Source: Nemertoderma westbladi (lineage: Eukaryota; Animalia; Xenacoelomorpha). Taken from it: DNA of 35,117 bases. Positions within the stretch are counted from its first letter, which is position 1; each line of letters starts with the position of its first letter. This document shows, one piece after another, positions 21,901 to 34,207 of the stretch. The position numbers and the translations under genes were made by a program. The notes under the pieces were generated by a model that was not told the DNA's origin, did no database searches, and saw nothing but the letters and a program-made list of their open reading frames with translations. Where the stretch lies: contig JAUCBJ010005856.1 in NCBI GenBank assembly GCA_032718475.1, positions 1 to 35,117 of the forward strand, given 5' to 3'.

Positions 21901-24900
21901 TTTTTGAACCTTTCCGTCCCCCGGACTTTTTGTCTCCATATATTTTTAACCTTTCCGTCCCCCGGACTTTTCGTCTCCATATATTTTTGAACCTTAACGT
22001 CCCCCGGACTTTTCGTCTCCATGTATTTTTTGAATCTTTCCATCCCCCGGACTTTTCGTCTCCATGTATTTTTTGAATCTTTCCATCCCCCGGACTTTTC
22101 GTCTCCATATATATTTTTCACCTTTCCGTCCCCAGGACTTTTCGACTCCAAATATATTTTTCACCTTTCCGTCCCCCGGACTTTTCGTCTCCATATATTT
22201 TTTGAACCTTTCCGTCCCCCGGACTTTTCGTCTCCATATATTTTTGAACCTTTCCGTCCCCCGGACTTTTCGTCTCCATATATTTTTGAACCTTTCCGTC
22301 CCCAGGACTTTTTGTCTCCATATATTTTGTTGATCTTTCCATCCCCGGACTTTTCGTCTCCATGTATTTTTGAATCTTTCCGTCCCCCGGACTTTTCGTC
22401 TCCATATATTTTTGAACCTTTCCGTCCCCCGGACTTTTCGTCTCCATATATTTTTGAATCTTTCCGTCCCCCGGACTTTTCGTCTCCATATATTTTTGAA
22501 CCTTTCCGTCCCCCGGACTTTTCGTCTCCATATATTTTTGAACCTTTCCGTCCCCCGGACTTTTCGTCTCCATATAGTTTTTGGACCTTTCCGTCCCCAG
22601 GACTTTTCGTCTCCATATATTTTTTGGTCCTTTCCGTCCCCAGGACTTTTCGTCTCCATATATTTCTTGGACCTTTCCGTCCCCATGACTTTTCGTCTCC
22701 ATATTTTTTTTTAATCTTTCCATTCCCCGGACTTTTCGTCTCCATATATTTTTTGAACCTTTCCGTCCCCAGGACTTTTCGTCTCCATATATTTTTGAAC
22801 CTTTCCGTCCCCCGGACTTTTAGTCTCCATATATTTTTTGAACCTTTCCGTCCCCAGGACTTTTCGTCTCCATATATTTTTTGAACCTTTCCGTCCCCAG
22901 GACTTTTCGTCTCCATATATTTTTTTGGACCTTTCCGTCCCCAGGACTTTTCGTCTCCATATATTTTTTGAACCTTTCCGTCCCCAGGACTTTTCGTCTC
23001 CATATATTTCTTGGACCTTTCCGTCCCCAGGACTTTTCGTCTCCATATTTTTTTTTAATCTTTCCATTCCCCGGACTTTTCGTCTCCATATATTTTTTGA
23101 ACCTTTCCGTCCCCAGGACTTTTCGTCTCCATATATTTTTTTGGACCTTTCCGTCCCCAGGACTTTTCGTCTCCATATATTTTTTGGACCTTTCCGTCCC
23201 CAGGACTTTTCGTCTCCATATATTTCTTGGACCTTTCCGTCCCCATGACTTTTCGTCTCCATATTTTTTTTTAATCTTTCCATTCCCCGGACTTTTCGTC
23301 TCCATATATTTTTTGAACCTTTCCGTCCCCAGGACTTTTCGTCTCCATATATTTTTTTGGACCTTTCCGTCCCCAGGACTTTTCGTCTCCATATATTTTT
23401 TGGACCTTTTCGTCCCCAGGACTTTTCGTCTCCATATATTTTTTTGAACCTTTCCGTCCCCAGGACTTTTCGTCTCCATATATTTTTTTGGACCTTTCCG
23501 TCCCCATGACTTTTCGTCTCCATATTTTTTTTTAATCTTTCCGTCCCCAGGACTTTTCGTCTCCATATATTTTTTGGACCTTTCCGTCCCCATGACTTAT
23601 CGTCTCCATATATTTTTTGGACCTTTCCGTCCCCAGGACTTTTCGCCTCCATATTTTTTTGAATCTTTCCATTCCCCGGACTTTTAGTCTCCATATATTT
23701 CTGAATCTTTCCATTTCCCAGGACTTTTCGTCTCCATATATTTTTTTGGACCTTTCCGTCCCCAGGACTTTTCGTCTCCATATATTTTTTGGACCTTTTC
23801 GTCCCCAGGACTTTTCGTCTCCATATATTTTTTTGAACCTTTCCGTCCCCAGGACTTTTCGTCTCCATATATTTTTTTGGACCTTTCCGTCCCCATGACT
23901 TTTCGTCTCCATATTTTTTTTTAATCTTTCCGTCCCCAGGACTTTTCGTCTCCATATATTTTTTGGACCTTTCCGTCCCCATGACTTATCGTCTCCATAT
24001 ATTTTTTGGACCTTTCCGTCCCCAGGACTTTTCGCCTCCATATTTTTTTGAATCTTTCCATTCCCCGGACTTTTAGTCTCCATATATTTCTGAATCTTTC
24101 CATTTCCCAGGACTTTTCGTCTCCATATATTTTTTGAACCTTTCCGTCTACAGGACTTTTCTTCTCCAAATATATTTTTCACCTTTCCGTCCCCAGGACA
24201 TTTCGACTCCAAATATATTTTTCACCTTTCCGTCCCCAGGACTTTTTGTCTCCATATATTTTTTGGTCCTTTCCGTCTCCCAGACTTTTCGTCTCCAAAT
24301 ATATTTTTCACCTTTCCGTCCCCAGGACCTTTCGTCTCCAAATATATGTTTCACCTTTCCGTCCCCAGGACTTTTCGTCTCCAAATATATTTTTCACCTT
24401 TCCGTTCCCAGGACTTTTCGTCTCCATATATTTTTTGAACCTTTCCGTCCCCAGGACTTTTCGTCTCCATATATTTTTTGGACCTTTCCGCCCCCCGGAC
24501 TTTTCGTCTCCATATATTTTTTGAACCTTTCCGTCCCCCAGACTTTTCGTCTCCATATATTTTTCACCTTTCCGTCCCCAGGACCTTTCGTCTCCAAATA
24601 TATTTTTCACCTTTCCGTCCCCAGGACTTTTCGTCTCCATATATTTTTTGAACCTTTCCGTCCCCAGGACTTTTCGTCTCCAAATATATTTTTCACCTTT
24701 CCGTCCCCAGGACTTTTCGTCTCCAAATATATTTTTCACCTTTCCGTCCCCAGGACCTTTCGTCTCCAAATATATTTTTCACCTTTCCGTCCCCAGGACT
24801 TTTCGTCTCCATATATTTTTCACCTTTCCGTCCCCAGGACCTTTCGTCTCCAAATATATTTTTCACCTTTCCGTCCCCAGGACTTTTCGTCTCCAAATAT

Positions 24901-27900
24901 ATTTTTCACCTTTCCGTCCCCCGGACTTTTCGTCTCCATATATTTTTTTAACCTTTCCGTCCCCTGGACTTTTCGTCTCCATATATTTTTTGAACCTTTC
25001 CGTCCCCAGGACTTTTCGTCTCCATATATTTTTTGGACCTTTCCGTCCACAGGACTTTTCGTCTCCAAATATATTTTTCACCTTTCCGTCCCCAGGACTT
25101 TTCGACTCCAAATATATTTTTCACCTTTCCTTCCCCAGGACTTTTCGACTCCAAATATATTTTTCACCTTTCCGTCCCCAGGACTTTTCGTCTCCATATA
25201 TTTTTTGAACCTTTCCGTCCCCAGGACTTTTCGTCTCCAAATATATTTTTCACCTTTCCGTCCCCAGGACTTTTCGTCTCCAAATATATTTTTCACCTTT
25301 CCGTCCCCAGGACCTTTCGTCTCCAAATATATTTTTCACCTTTCCGTCCCCAGGACTTTTCGTCTCCATATATTTTTCACCTTTCCGTCCCCAGGACCTT
25401 TCGTCTCCAAATATATTTTTCACCTTTCCGTCCCCAGGACTTTTCGTCTCCAAATATATTTTTCACCTTTCCGTCCCCCGGACTTTTCGTCTCCATATAT
25501 TTTTTGAACCTTTCCGTCCCCAGGACTTTTCGTCTCCATATATTTTTTGGACCTTTCCGTCCACAGGACTTTTCGTCTCCAAATATATTTTTCACCTTTC
25601 CGTCCCCAGGACTTTTCGACTCCAAATATATTTTTCACCTTTCCTTCCCCAGGACTTTTCGACTCCAAATATATTTTTCACCTTTCCGTCCCCAGGACTT
25701 TTCGTCTCCATATATTTTTTGAACCTTTCCGTCCCCAGGACTTTTCGTCTCCATATATTTTTCACCTTTCCGTCCCCAGGACCTTTCGTCTCCAAATATA
25801 TTTTTCACCTTTCCGTCCCCAGGACTTTTCGTCTCCATATATTTTTTGAACCTTTCCGTCCCCAGGACTTTTCGTCTCCAAATATATTTTTCACCTTTCC
25901 GTCCCCAGGACTTTTCGTCTCCAAATATATTTTTCACCTTTCCGTCCCCAGGACTTTTCGTCTCCAAATATATTTTTCACCTTTCCGTCCCCAGGACTTT
26001 TCGTCTCCATATATTTTTTGAACCTTTCCGTCCCCAGGACTTTTCGTCTCCATATATTTTTTGAACCTTTCCGTCCCCAGGACTTTTCGTCTCCAAATAT
26101 ATTTTTCACCTTTCCGTCCCCAGGACTTTTCGTCTCCAAATATATTTTTCACCTTTCCGTCCCCAGGACCTTTCGTCTCCAAATATATTTTTCACCTTTC
26201 CGTCCCCAGGACTTTTCGTCTCCATATATTTTTCACCTTTCCGTCCCCAGGACCTTTCGTCTCCAAATATATTTTTCACCTTTCCGTCCCCAGGACTTTT
26301 CGTCTCCAAATATATTTTTCACCTTTCCGTCCCCCGGACTTTTCGTCTCCATATATTTTTTTAACCTTTCCGTCCCCTGGACTTTTCGTCTCCATATATT
26401 TTTTGAACCTTTCCGTCCCCAGGACTTTTCGTCTCCATATATTTTTTGGACCTTTCCGTCCACAGGACTTTTCGTCTCCAAATATATTTTTCACCTTTCC
26501 GTCCCCAGGACTTTTCGACTCCAAATATATTTTTCACCTTTCCTTCCCCAGGACTTTTCGACTCCAAATATATTTTTCACCTTTCCGTCCCCAGGACTTT
26601 TCGTCTCCATATATTTTTTGAACCTTTCCGTCCCCAGGACTTTTCGTCTCCAAATATATTTTTCACCTTTCCGTCCCCAGGACTTTTCGTCTCCAAATAT
26701 ATTTTTCACCTTTCCGTCCCCAGGACCTTTCGTCTCCAAATATATTTTTCACCTTTCCGTCCCCAGGACTTTTCGTCTCCATATATTTTTCACCTTTCCG
26801 TCCCCAGGACCTTTCGTCTCCAAATATATTTTTCACCTTTCCGTCCCCAGGACTTTTCGTCTCCAAATATATTTTTCACCTTTCCGTCCCCCGGACTTTT
26901 CGTCTCCATATATTTTTTGAACCTTTCCGTCCCCAGGACTTTTCGTCTCCATATATTTTTTGGACCTTTCCGTCCACAGGACTTTTCGTCTCCAAATATA
27001 TTTTTCACCTTTCCGTCCCCAGGACTTTTCGACTCCAAATATATTTTTCACCTTTCCTTCCCCAGGACTTTTCGACTCCAAATATATTTTTCACCTTTCC
27101 GTCCCCAGGACTTTTCGTCTCCATATATTTTTTGAACCTTTCCGTCCCCAGGACTTTTCGTCTCCATATATTTTTCACCTTTCCGTCCCCAGGACCTTTC
27201 GTCTCCAAATATATTTTTCACCTTTCCGTCCCCAGGACTTTTCGTCTCCATATATTTTTTGAACCTTTCCGTCCCCAGGACTTTTCGTCTCCAAATATAT
27301 TTTTCACCTTTCCGTCCCCAGGACTTTTCGTCTCCAAATATATTTTTCACCTTTCCGTCCCCAGGACTTTTCGTCTCCAAATATATTTTTCACCTTTCCG
27401 TCCCCAGGACTTTTCGTCTCCATATATTTTTTGAACCTTTCCGTCCCCAGGACTTTTCGTCTCCATATATTTTTTGAACCTTTCCGTCCCCAGGACTTTT
27501 CGTCTCCAAATATATTTTTCACCTTTCCGTCCCCAGGACTTTTCGTCTCCAAATATATTTTTCACCTTTCCGTCCCCAGGACCTTTCGTCTCCAAATATA
27601 TTTTTCACCTTTCCGTCCCCAGGACCTTTCGTCTCCAAATATATTTTTCACCTTTCCGTCCCCAGGACTTTTCGTCTCCAAATATATTTTTCACCTTTCC
27701 GTCCCCAGGACTTTTCGTCTCCAAATATATTTTTCACCTTTCCGTCCCCAGGACCTTTCGTCTCCAAATATATTTTTAACCTTTCCGTTCGCAGGACTTT
27801 TCGTCTCCATATATTTTTTGAACCTTTCCATCCCCCAGACTTTTCGTCTCCATATATTTTTGAACCTTTCCGTCCCCAGGACTTTTCGTCTCCATATATT

Positions 27901-30900
27901 TTTTGGACCTTTTCGTCCCCAGGACCTTTCGTCTCCAAATATATGTTTCACCTTTCCGTCCCCAGGACTTTTCGTCTCCAAATATATTTTTCACCTTTCC
28001 GTCCCCAGGACTTTTCGCCCCCAAATATATTTTTCACCTTTCCGTCCCCAGGACTTTTCGCCTCCAAATATATTTTTCACCTTTCCATTCCCAGGATCTT
28101 TCGTTTCCAAATATATTTTTCACCTTTCTGTCCCCAGGACTTTTCGTCTCCAAATATATTTTTCACCTTTCCGTCCCCAGGACTTTTCGTCTCCATATAT
28201 TTTTCACCTTTCCGTCCACAGGACGTTTCGTCTCCAAATATATTTTTCACCTTTCCGTCCCCAGGACTTTTCGACTCCAAATATATTTTTCACCTTTCCG
28301 TCACCAGGACTTTTCGTCTCCAAATATATTTTTCACCTTTCCGACCCCAGGACTTTTCGCCTCCAAATATATTTTTCACCTTTCCATTCCCAGGATCTTT
28401 CGTCTCCAAATATATTTTTCACCTTTCTGTCCCCAGGACTTTTCGTCTCCAAATATATTTTTCACCTTTCCGTCCCCAGGACTTTTCGTCTCCATATATT
28501 TTTCACCTTTCCGTCCACAGGACGTTTCGTCTCCAAATATATTTTTCACCTTTCCGTCCCCAGGACTTTTCGACTCCAAATATATTTTTCACCTTTCCGT
28601 CACCAGGACTTTTCGTCTCCAAATATATTTTTCACCTTTCCGTCCCCAGGACTTTTCGTCTCCATATATTTTTCACCTTTCCGTCCACAGGACGTTTCGT
28701 CTCCAAATATATTTTTCACCTTTCCGTCACAAGGACTTTTCGTCTCCATGTATTTTTCACCTTTCCGTCACAAGGACTTTTCGTCTCCATGTATTTTTTG
28801 GACCTTTCCATCCACAGGACTTTTCGTCTCCAAATATATTTTTCACCTTTCCATCCCCAGGACTTTTCGTCTCCATATATTTTTTGAACCTTTCCGTCCC
28901 CAGGACTTTTCGTCTCCATATATTTTTTGGTCCTTTCCGTCCCCCAGACTTTTCGTCTCCAAATATATTTTTCACCTTTCCGTCCCCAGGACTTTTCGTC
29001 TCCAAATATATTGTTCACCTTTCCGTCCCTAGGACTTTTCGTCTCCAAATATATTTTTCACCTTTCCGTCCCCAGGACTTTTTGTCTCCATATATTTTTC
29101 ACCTTTCCGTCCACAGGACTTTTCGTCTCCAAATATATTTTTCACCTTTCCGTCCCCAGGACCTTTCGTCTCCAAATATATTTTTCACCTTTCCGTCCCC
29201 AGGACCTTTCGTCTCCAAATATATTTTTCACCTTTCCGTCCCCAGGACCTTTCGTCTCCAAATATATTTTTCACCTTTCCGTCCCCAGGACTTTTCGTCT
29301 CCAAATATATTTTTCACCTTTCCGTCCCCAGGACTTTTCGTCTCCAAATATATTTTTCACCTTTCCGTCCCCAGGACTTTTCGTCTCCATATAATTTCAC
29401 CTTTCCGTCCACAGGACTTTTCGTCTCCAAATATATTTTTCACCTTTCCGTCCCCAGGACTTTTCGACTCCAAATATATTTTTCACCTTTCCGTCACCAG
29501 GACTTTTCGTCTCCATGTATTTTTTGGACCTTTCCGTCCCCATGACTTTTCGTCTCCATATTTTTTTTGAATCTTTCCATTCCCCGGACTTTTAGTCTCC
29601 ATATATTTTTTGAATCTTTCCATTCCCAGGACTTTTCGTCTCCATATATTTTTTGGACCTTTCCGTCCACAGGACTTTTCGTCTCCATATATTTTTTGAA
29701 CCTTTCCGTCCACAGGATTTTTCGTCTCCAAATATATTTTTCACCTTTCCGTCCCCCGGACTTTTCGTCTCCATATATTTTTTGAACCTTTCCGTCCCCA
29801 GGACTTTTCGTCTCCATATATTTTTTGGACCTTTCCGTCCACAGGATTTTTCGTCTCCAAATATATTTTTCACCTTTCCGTCCCCAGGACTTTTCGACTC
29901 CAAATATATTTTTCACCTTTCCGTCCCCCGGACTTTTCGTCTCCATATATTTTTTGAACCTTTCCGTCCCCAGGACTTTTCGTCTCCATATATTTTTTGG
30001 ACCTTTCCGTCCACAGGATTTTTCGTCTCCAAATATATTTTTCACCTTTCCGTCCCCAGGACTTTTCGACTCCAAATATATTTTTCACCTTTCCGTCACC
30101 AGGACTTTTCGTCTCCATATATTTTTTGGACCTTTCCGTCCCCAGGACTTTTCGTCTCCATATATTTTTGAACCTTTCCGTCCCCATGACTTTTCGTCTC
30201 CATATTTTTTTTGAATCTTTCCATTCCCCGGACTTTTAGTCTCCATATATTTTTTGGACCTTTCCGTCCCCAGGACTTTTCGTCTCCATATATTTTTGAA
30301 CCTTTCCGTCCCCATGACTTTTCGTCTCCATATTTTTTTTGAATCTTTCCATTCCCCGGACTTTTCGTCTCCATATATTTTTGAACCTTTCCGTCCCCAT
30401 GACTTTTCGTCTCCATATTTTTTTTGAATCTTTCCATTCCCCGGACTTTTCGTCTCCATATATTTTTTGGACCTTTCCGTCCCCAGGACTTTTCGTCTCC
30501 ATATATTTTTGAACCTTTCCGTCCCCATGACTTTTCGTCTCCATATTTTTTTTGAATCTTTCCATTCCCAGGACTTTTCGTCTCCATATATTTTTTGGAC
30601 CTTTCCGTCCACAGGATTTTTCGTCTCCAAATATATTTTTCACCTTTCCGTCCCCAGGACTTTTCTACTCCAAATATATTTTTCACCTTTCCGTACCCAG
30701 GACTTTTCGTCTCCATATATTTTTTTGGACCTTTCCGTCCCCAGGACTTTTCGTCTCCATATATTTTTTGAACCTTTCCGTCCCCAAGACTTTTCGTCTC
30801 CATATATTTTTTGAACCTTTCCGTCCCCATGACTTTTCGTCTCCATATATTTTTTGAATCTTTCCATTCCCAGGACTTTTCGTCTCCATATATTTTTTGG

Positions 30901-31485
30901 ACCTTTCCGTCCACAGGACTTTTCGTCTCCAAATATATTTTTCACCTTTCCGTCCTCATGACTTTTCGTCTCCAAATATATTTTTCACCTTTCCGTCCCC
31001 CGGACTTTTCGTCTCCATATATTTTTTGAACCTTTCCGTCCCCAGGACTTTTCGTCTCCATATATTTTTTGGACCTTTCCGTCCACAGGATTTTTCGTCT
31101 CCAAATATATTTTTCACCTTTCCGTCCCCAGGACTTTTCTACTCCAAATATATTTTTCACCTTTCCATCCCCAGGACTTTTCGTCTCCATATATTTTTTG
31201 GACCTTTCCGTCCCCATGACTTTTCGTCTCCATATATTTTTTGGACCTTTCCGTCCCCAGGACTTTTCGTCTCCATATATTTTTTGGACCTTTCCGTCAC
31301 CAGGACTTTTCGTCTCCATATATTTTTTGGACCTTTCCGTCCCCAGGACTTTTCGTCTCCATATATTTTTTGGACCTTTCCGTCCCCATGACTTTTCGTC
31401 TCCATATTTTTTTTGAATCTTTCCATTCCCCGGACTTTTCGTTCGTCTCCATATATTTTTTGGACTTTTCCGTCCCCCTGACTTA
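12936..31485. repeat. Satellite DNA array, 42-43-bp monomer, roughly 430 copies, ~18.5 kb
   Basis: Consensus GGACTTTTCGTCTCCATATATTTTT(T)GAACCTTTCCGTCCCC(C/A), head-to-tail in one orientation, with a strongly pyrimidine-rich + strand. Length variation is mostly in the T run. Copy number is length divided by period. Confidence 0.99.
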
Positions 31486-32016
31486 TGTTTCGGTCCGAAA
31501 CGACCTTGATCCACAACAATATATCGAGCATAGTGCCCTCCTCGAGGTATTTTATTCCACTGACGAGCGTCTGTAGATGATAAGAGCCAAGAGCGCAGTG
31601 AAATAAAGTTAACAACATTTTCCCTTTTTGATAATACTTCCTTGCTACTGTAATACTGTACTTCCTTGCTTAATTAATTTAAATAATTGCTTGCTTTAAC
31701 TCTAGATTTGTGAAGAAAAAAGTATTCCTACTCAAGCATATCCGATGTAAAATAATTAATTTATAGTTCTGGAATACTTAAGGTCTACAGTACTACATAG
31801 CTCATAAAGGGAAATAAAATAATATTTAGAGTATTTTCAAAAAAAAATTTTTTACTAAGTCGTTCGAACGACATACGAAAAAATCACATTCCTGTCTATT
31901 TGGAATCTCCATAAGTACTGTAACTTAGTAGATAGAAAAATTAATTAGATATAAACTGTGTATTTTATTACTGTATTTAAGTTTGGAAATTTTCAATTTT
32001 TAAAGCAAAATTTGCC

Positions 32017-32050
32017 ATGTTTTCTTGGATTCTCTGCATTTATGTATCAG
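32017..32050 (+). CDS. Secreted ShKT-domain protein, coding exon 1 (signal peptide)
   Basis: GCC-ATG start, MFSWILCIYVS, then CAG|GTATGT phase-1 donor. Joins the next exon in frame to give hydrophobic MFSWILCIYVSVLATLVSLNV. Confidence 0.75.
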
Positions 32051-32325
32051 GTATGTTATCACTTTGATTTCCAAATCTCCAATGAGCAGTTAGTTTTACG
32101 TCTGTAAACGTCCGGGTCCGATATTTAGTTATTTATGTATGTTTATATCTGTACATTAATATAGGCCCACAAAACAAACTTAGATAGAAAAAAACGCGAA
32201 GCCACTGTGTAAGATAATAAAACAGAAGGTTTTTATACTGTATAGAAAAAATATAGTAAATCGTGATAAACCAGGTCTTAGTTTTATACGACACTCGGTT
32301 GATTTCTACTAATAAATTGTTTCAG

Positions 32326-32499
32326 TTCTAGCGACTTTAGTATCGCTGAACGTGATACCGCCGAACCCGTGTGTAGAAGATCCCGACGACGATGTCCAGT
32401 GTGCCGGGTGGGCCGCAGTAGGGGAGTGTCTTAGCAACCCCGATTATATGTACATACACTGCCAGAAGAGTTGTAACAAATGCGACGATGGATACGCCG
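32326..32499 (+). CDS. Secreted ShKT-domain protein, exon 2 (ShKT domain 1)
   Basis: TTGTTTCAG acceptor, G|GTATGA donor, 174 nt, phase 1-1. Encodes ..PNPCVEDPDDDVQCAGWAAVGECLSNPDYMYIHCQKSCNKCDDGYA, the six-Cys ShKT pattern C..WA..GEC..NP.YM...C.KSC..C. Confidence 0.9.
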
Positions 32500-32571
32500 G
32501 TATGATAACAACCACATTACAGTATTAATCTGTAATGAGCAAAATCAATACTCTATTATCAAACTATAGAT

Positions 32572-32591
32572 GGGGGGGGGGGGGGGGGGGG
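32572..32591 (+). repeat. Intronic poly-G run (20 nt)
   Basis: Direct reading. Confidence 0.95.
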
Positions 32592-32975
32592 CGCCCCGTA
32601 TCATATTCCATATCATCGAATTAAATACTATATCTCGCATCATGTTAAATTATGACGTTTTTAAAGGAAAGGAGCAGGTTACTGTGGCACGTTATTCTAA
32701 CTAACACAATAAACGAAAGTGGGAAAGTGTTACAATTTGATTTTAAGTTGGCCTAATCCACTGTTCTATTTATGACTAATTTCCCACACTAGACCACGCC
32801 TTGGGTTCTTCTCAGTGTTGAGTGGATGTGGGGGTGATGTTTGCTAACATCATGTATTGAAATCATCAATATCATAATGACTGTGACAAAGTCAGTTTTA
32901 TTAATTTAATAATTACAATAATACCCAGTAACTACAATAATTTATTTGCACTTCTTTGCTTATTTAGGCCTAATA

Positions 32976-33220
32976 TATGGGATGCCGTGGGCCTCAAAAA
33001 TGTGAAAATGTCGGCGACTGGTTCAGATTCTCGGCGAGCGGTTGAGATTCTCGGCGACTGGTTTAGATTTCGGCCAAGATTTCTTTCGGCTTAGATTTCG
33101 GCCAAGATTCCGGCAAAGATTTCCGAAATCTAAACCAGTCGGCGAGAATCTCAACCGCTCGCCGAGAATCTCAACCAGTCGCCGACATTTTCATATTTTT
33201 GAAGTCCAAGGCGCCACATA
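32976..33220. mobile_element. Intronic MITE with 98-bp TIRs and a possible 6-bp TSD
   Basis: 32976-33073 is the imperfect reverse complement of 33123-33220. The arms contain 20-bp subrepeats TCGGCGA..GGTT.AGATT. CTAATA flanks both sides (32970-32975, 33221-33226). Confidence 0.85.
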
Positions 33221-33572
33221 CTAATAACTTGAAATATTGTGTACAGTATTACATATTTTTATCAGTTTACGTTTACTAAATGTGCTGTTAAGCGTATTTG
33301 GGCATCAATCGGAGAAAATGGCGTATCTTACACATTAATAGTTATATCCCTGAAATGTTATTCACAAAATATGATAATATTGTACTCTAAATCGCGTGGT
33401 TTATAAGGTTATGAGTCGCATCCGAATAATAGTAGGTTAGTTGGACCTCCGCATATTACTACCTAGGTGCCTAACCTCTAGCGAGAGACAGAGGAATTGC
33501 GGAGTCCTAGTATTTATTTATTTTTGAGCCTCGTGAAATGGAACGCCGATTATTGTTTTACTTCTGGTTTAG

Positions 33573-33701
33573 ATTGTGTGGAGGAAGAGGATGTCCACTT
33601 CGATTGCGAGGGATGGGCCGCAGATGGCCAGTGCGGTAGTAACGCCCAGTACATGTACGCCTACTGTCAATCATCCTGTAACAAGTGTGATGACGGTGTA
33701 G
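33573..33701 (+). CDS. Secreted ShKT-domain protein, exon 3 (ShKT domain 2); gene continues past the window
   Basis: TTTAG acceptor, G|GTAAGT donor, 129 nt, phase 1-1. Encodes DCVEEEDVHFDCEGWAADGQCGSNAQYMYAYCQSSCNKCDDGV, paralogous to exon 2. No stop codon is reached. Confidence 0.9.
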   Translation: MVWRKRMSTSIARDGPQMASAVVTPSTCTPTVNHPVTSVMTV

Positions 33702-33704
33702 GTA

Positions 33705-34207
33705 AGTCAGAATGGTAGTCTAATAGTATACTGTTGTAGTACAAACTGCATTGCTGTCACTCTGCCAGTTGCCATGGCCGTTCAAACATTTCCTGACTCA
33801 CATCCCTACTAATATATTTACATCTACATTCAGGTTTCTTTGAAAGGTATCTGCGATAAATTGATTGAAAAGTTAGGGTAATGAAAACGAGAGAAAATGT
33901 GTCTTTCACTATATTATAGTCTGTGAGAAGTGCTTGGCGCCGTACTGTACTGTATGGGGTTTGCACATACGGCGCCAAGAACTTCTCACAGACTATAATA
34001 TAGTGAAAGACACATTTTCTCTCGTTTTCATTACCCTAACTTTTCAATCAATTTATCGCAGATACCTTTCAAAGAAACCTGAATGTAGATGTAAATATAT
34101 TAGTAGGGATGTGAGTCAGGAAATGTTTGAACGGCCATGGCAACTGGCAGAGTGACAGCAATGCAGTTTGTACTACAACAGTATACTATTAGACTACCAT
34201 TCTGACT
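33705..34207. repeat. Near-perfect long inverted repeat (240-bp arms, 23-nt spacer)
   Basis: 33705-33944 is the reverse complement of 33968-34207; I saw one mismatch (33932/33980). Mirror ORFs 33757-33978(-) and 33934-34155(+) confirm the symmetry. Confidence 0.97.

Noticed and set aside
12936-31485. CRISPR array
   Set aside because: There are no unique spacers and no cas genes, and the context is eukaryotic.
12936-31485. Satellite-encoded hammerhead ribozyme or CENP-B box
   Set aside because: The monomer has GAAA on the minus strand but no CUGANGA, and it does not match TTCG....A..CGGG.
31490-31607. Hammerhead ribozyme at the array end (CTGACGA with nearby GAAA)
   Set aside because: Stem II does not close directly onto either GAAA, and I could not build stems I and III.
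12868-31618. Many repetitive ORFs (METKSPGDGKVQKY, NLSVPRTFRLHIF, SPYIFEPFRPPDF)
   Set aside because: The 42-bp monomer is 14 codons with few stops. ORFs appear in all six frames and shift frame at every T-run indel, so there is no coding constraint.
33757-34155. Two mirror 73-aa ORFs
   Set aside because: They are a by-product of the palindrome and have no domain or splice support.
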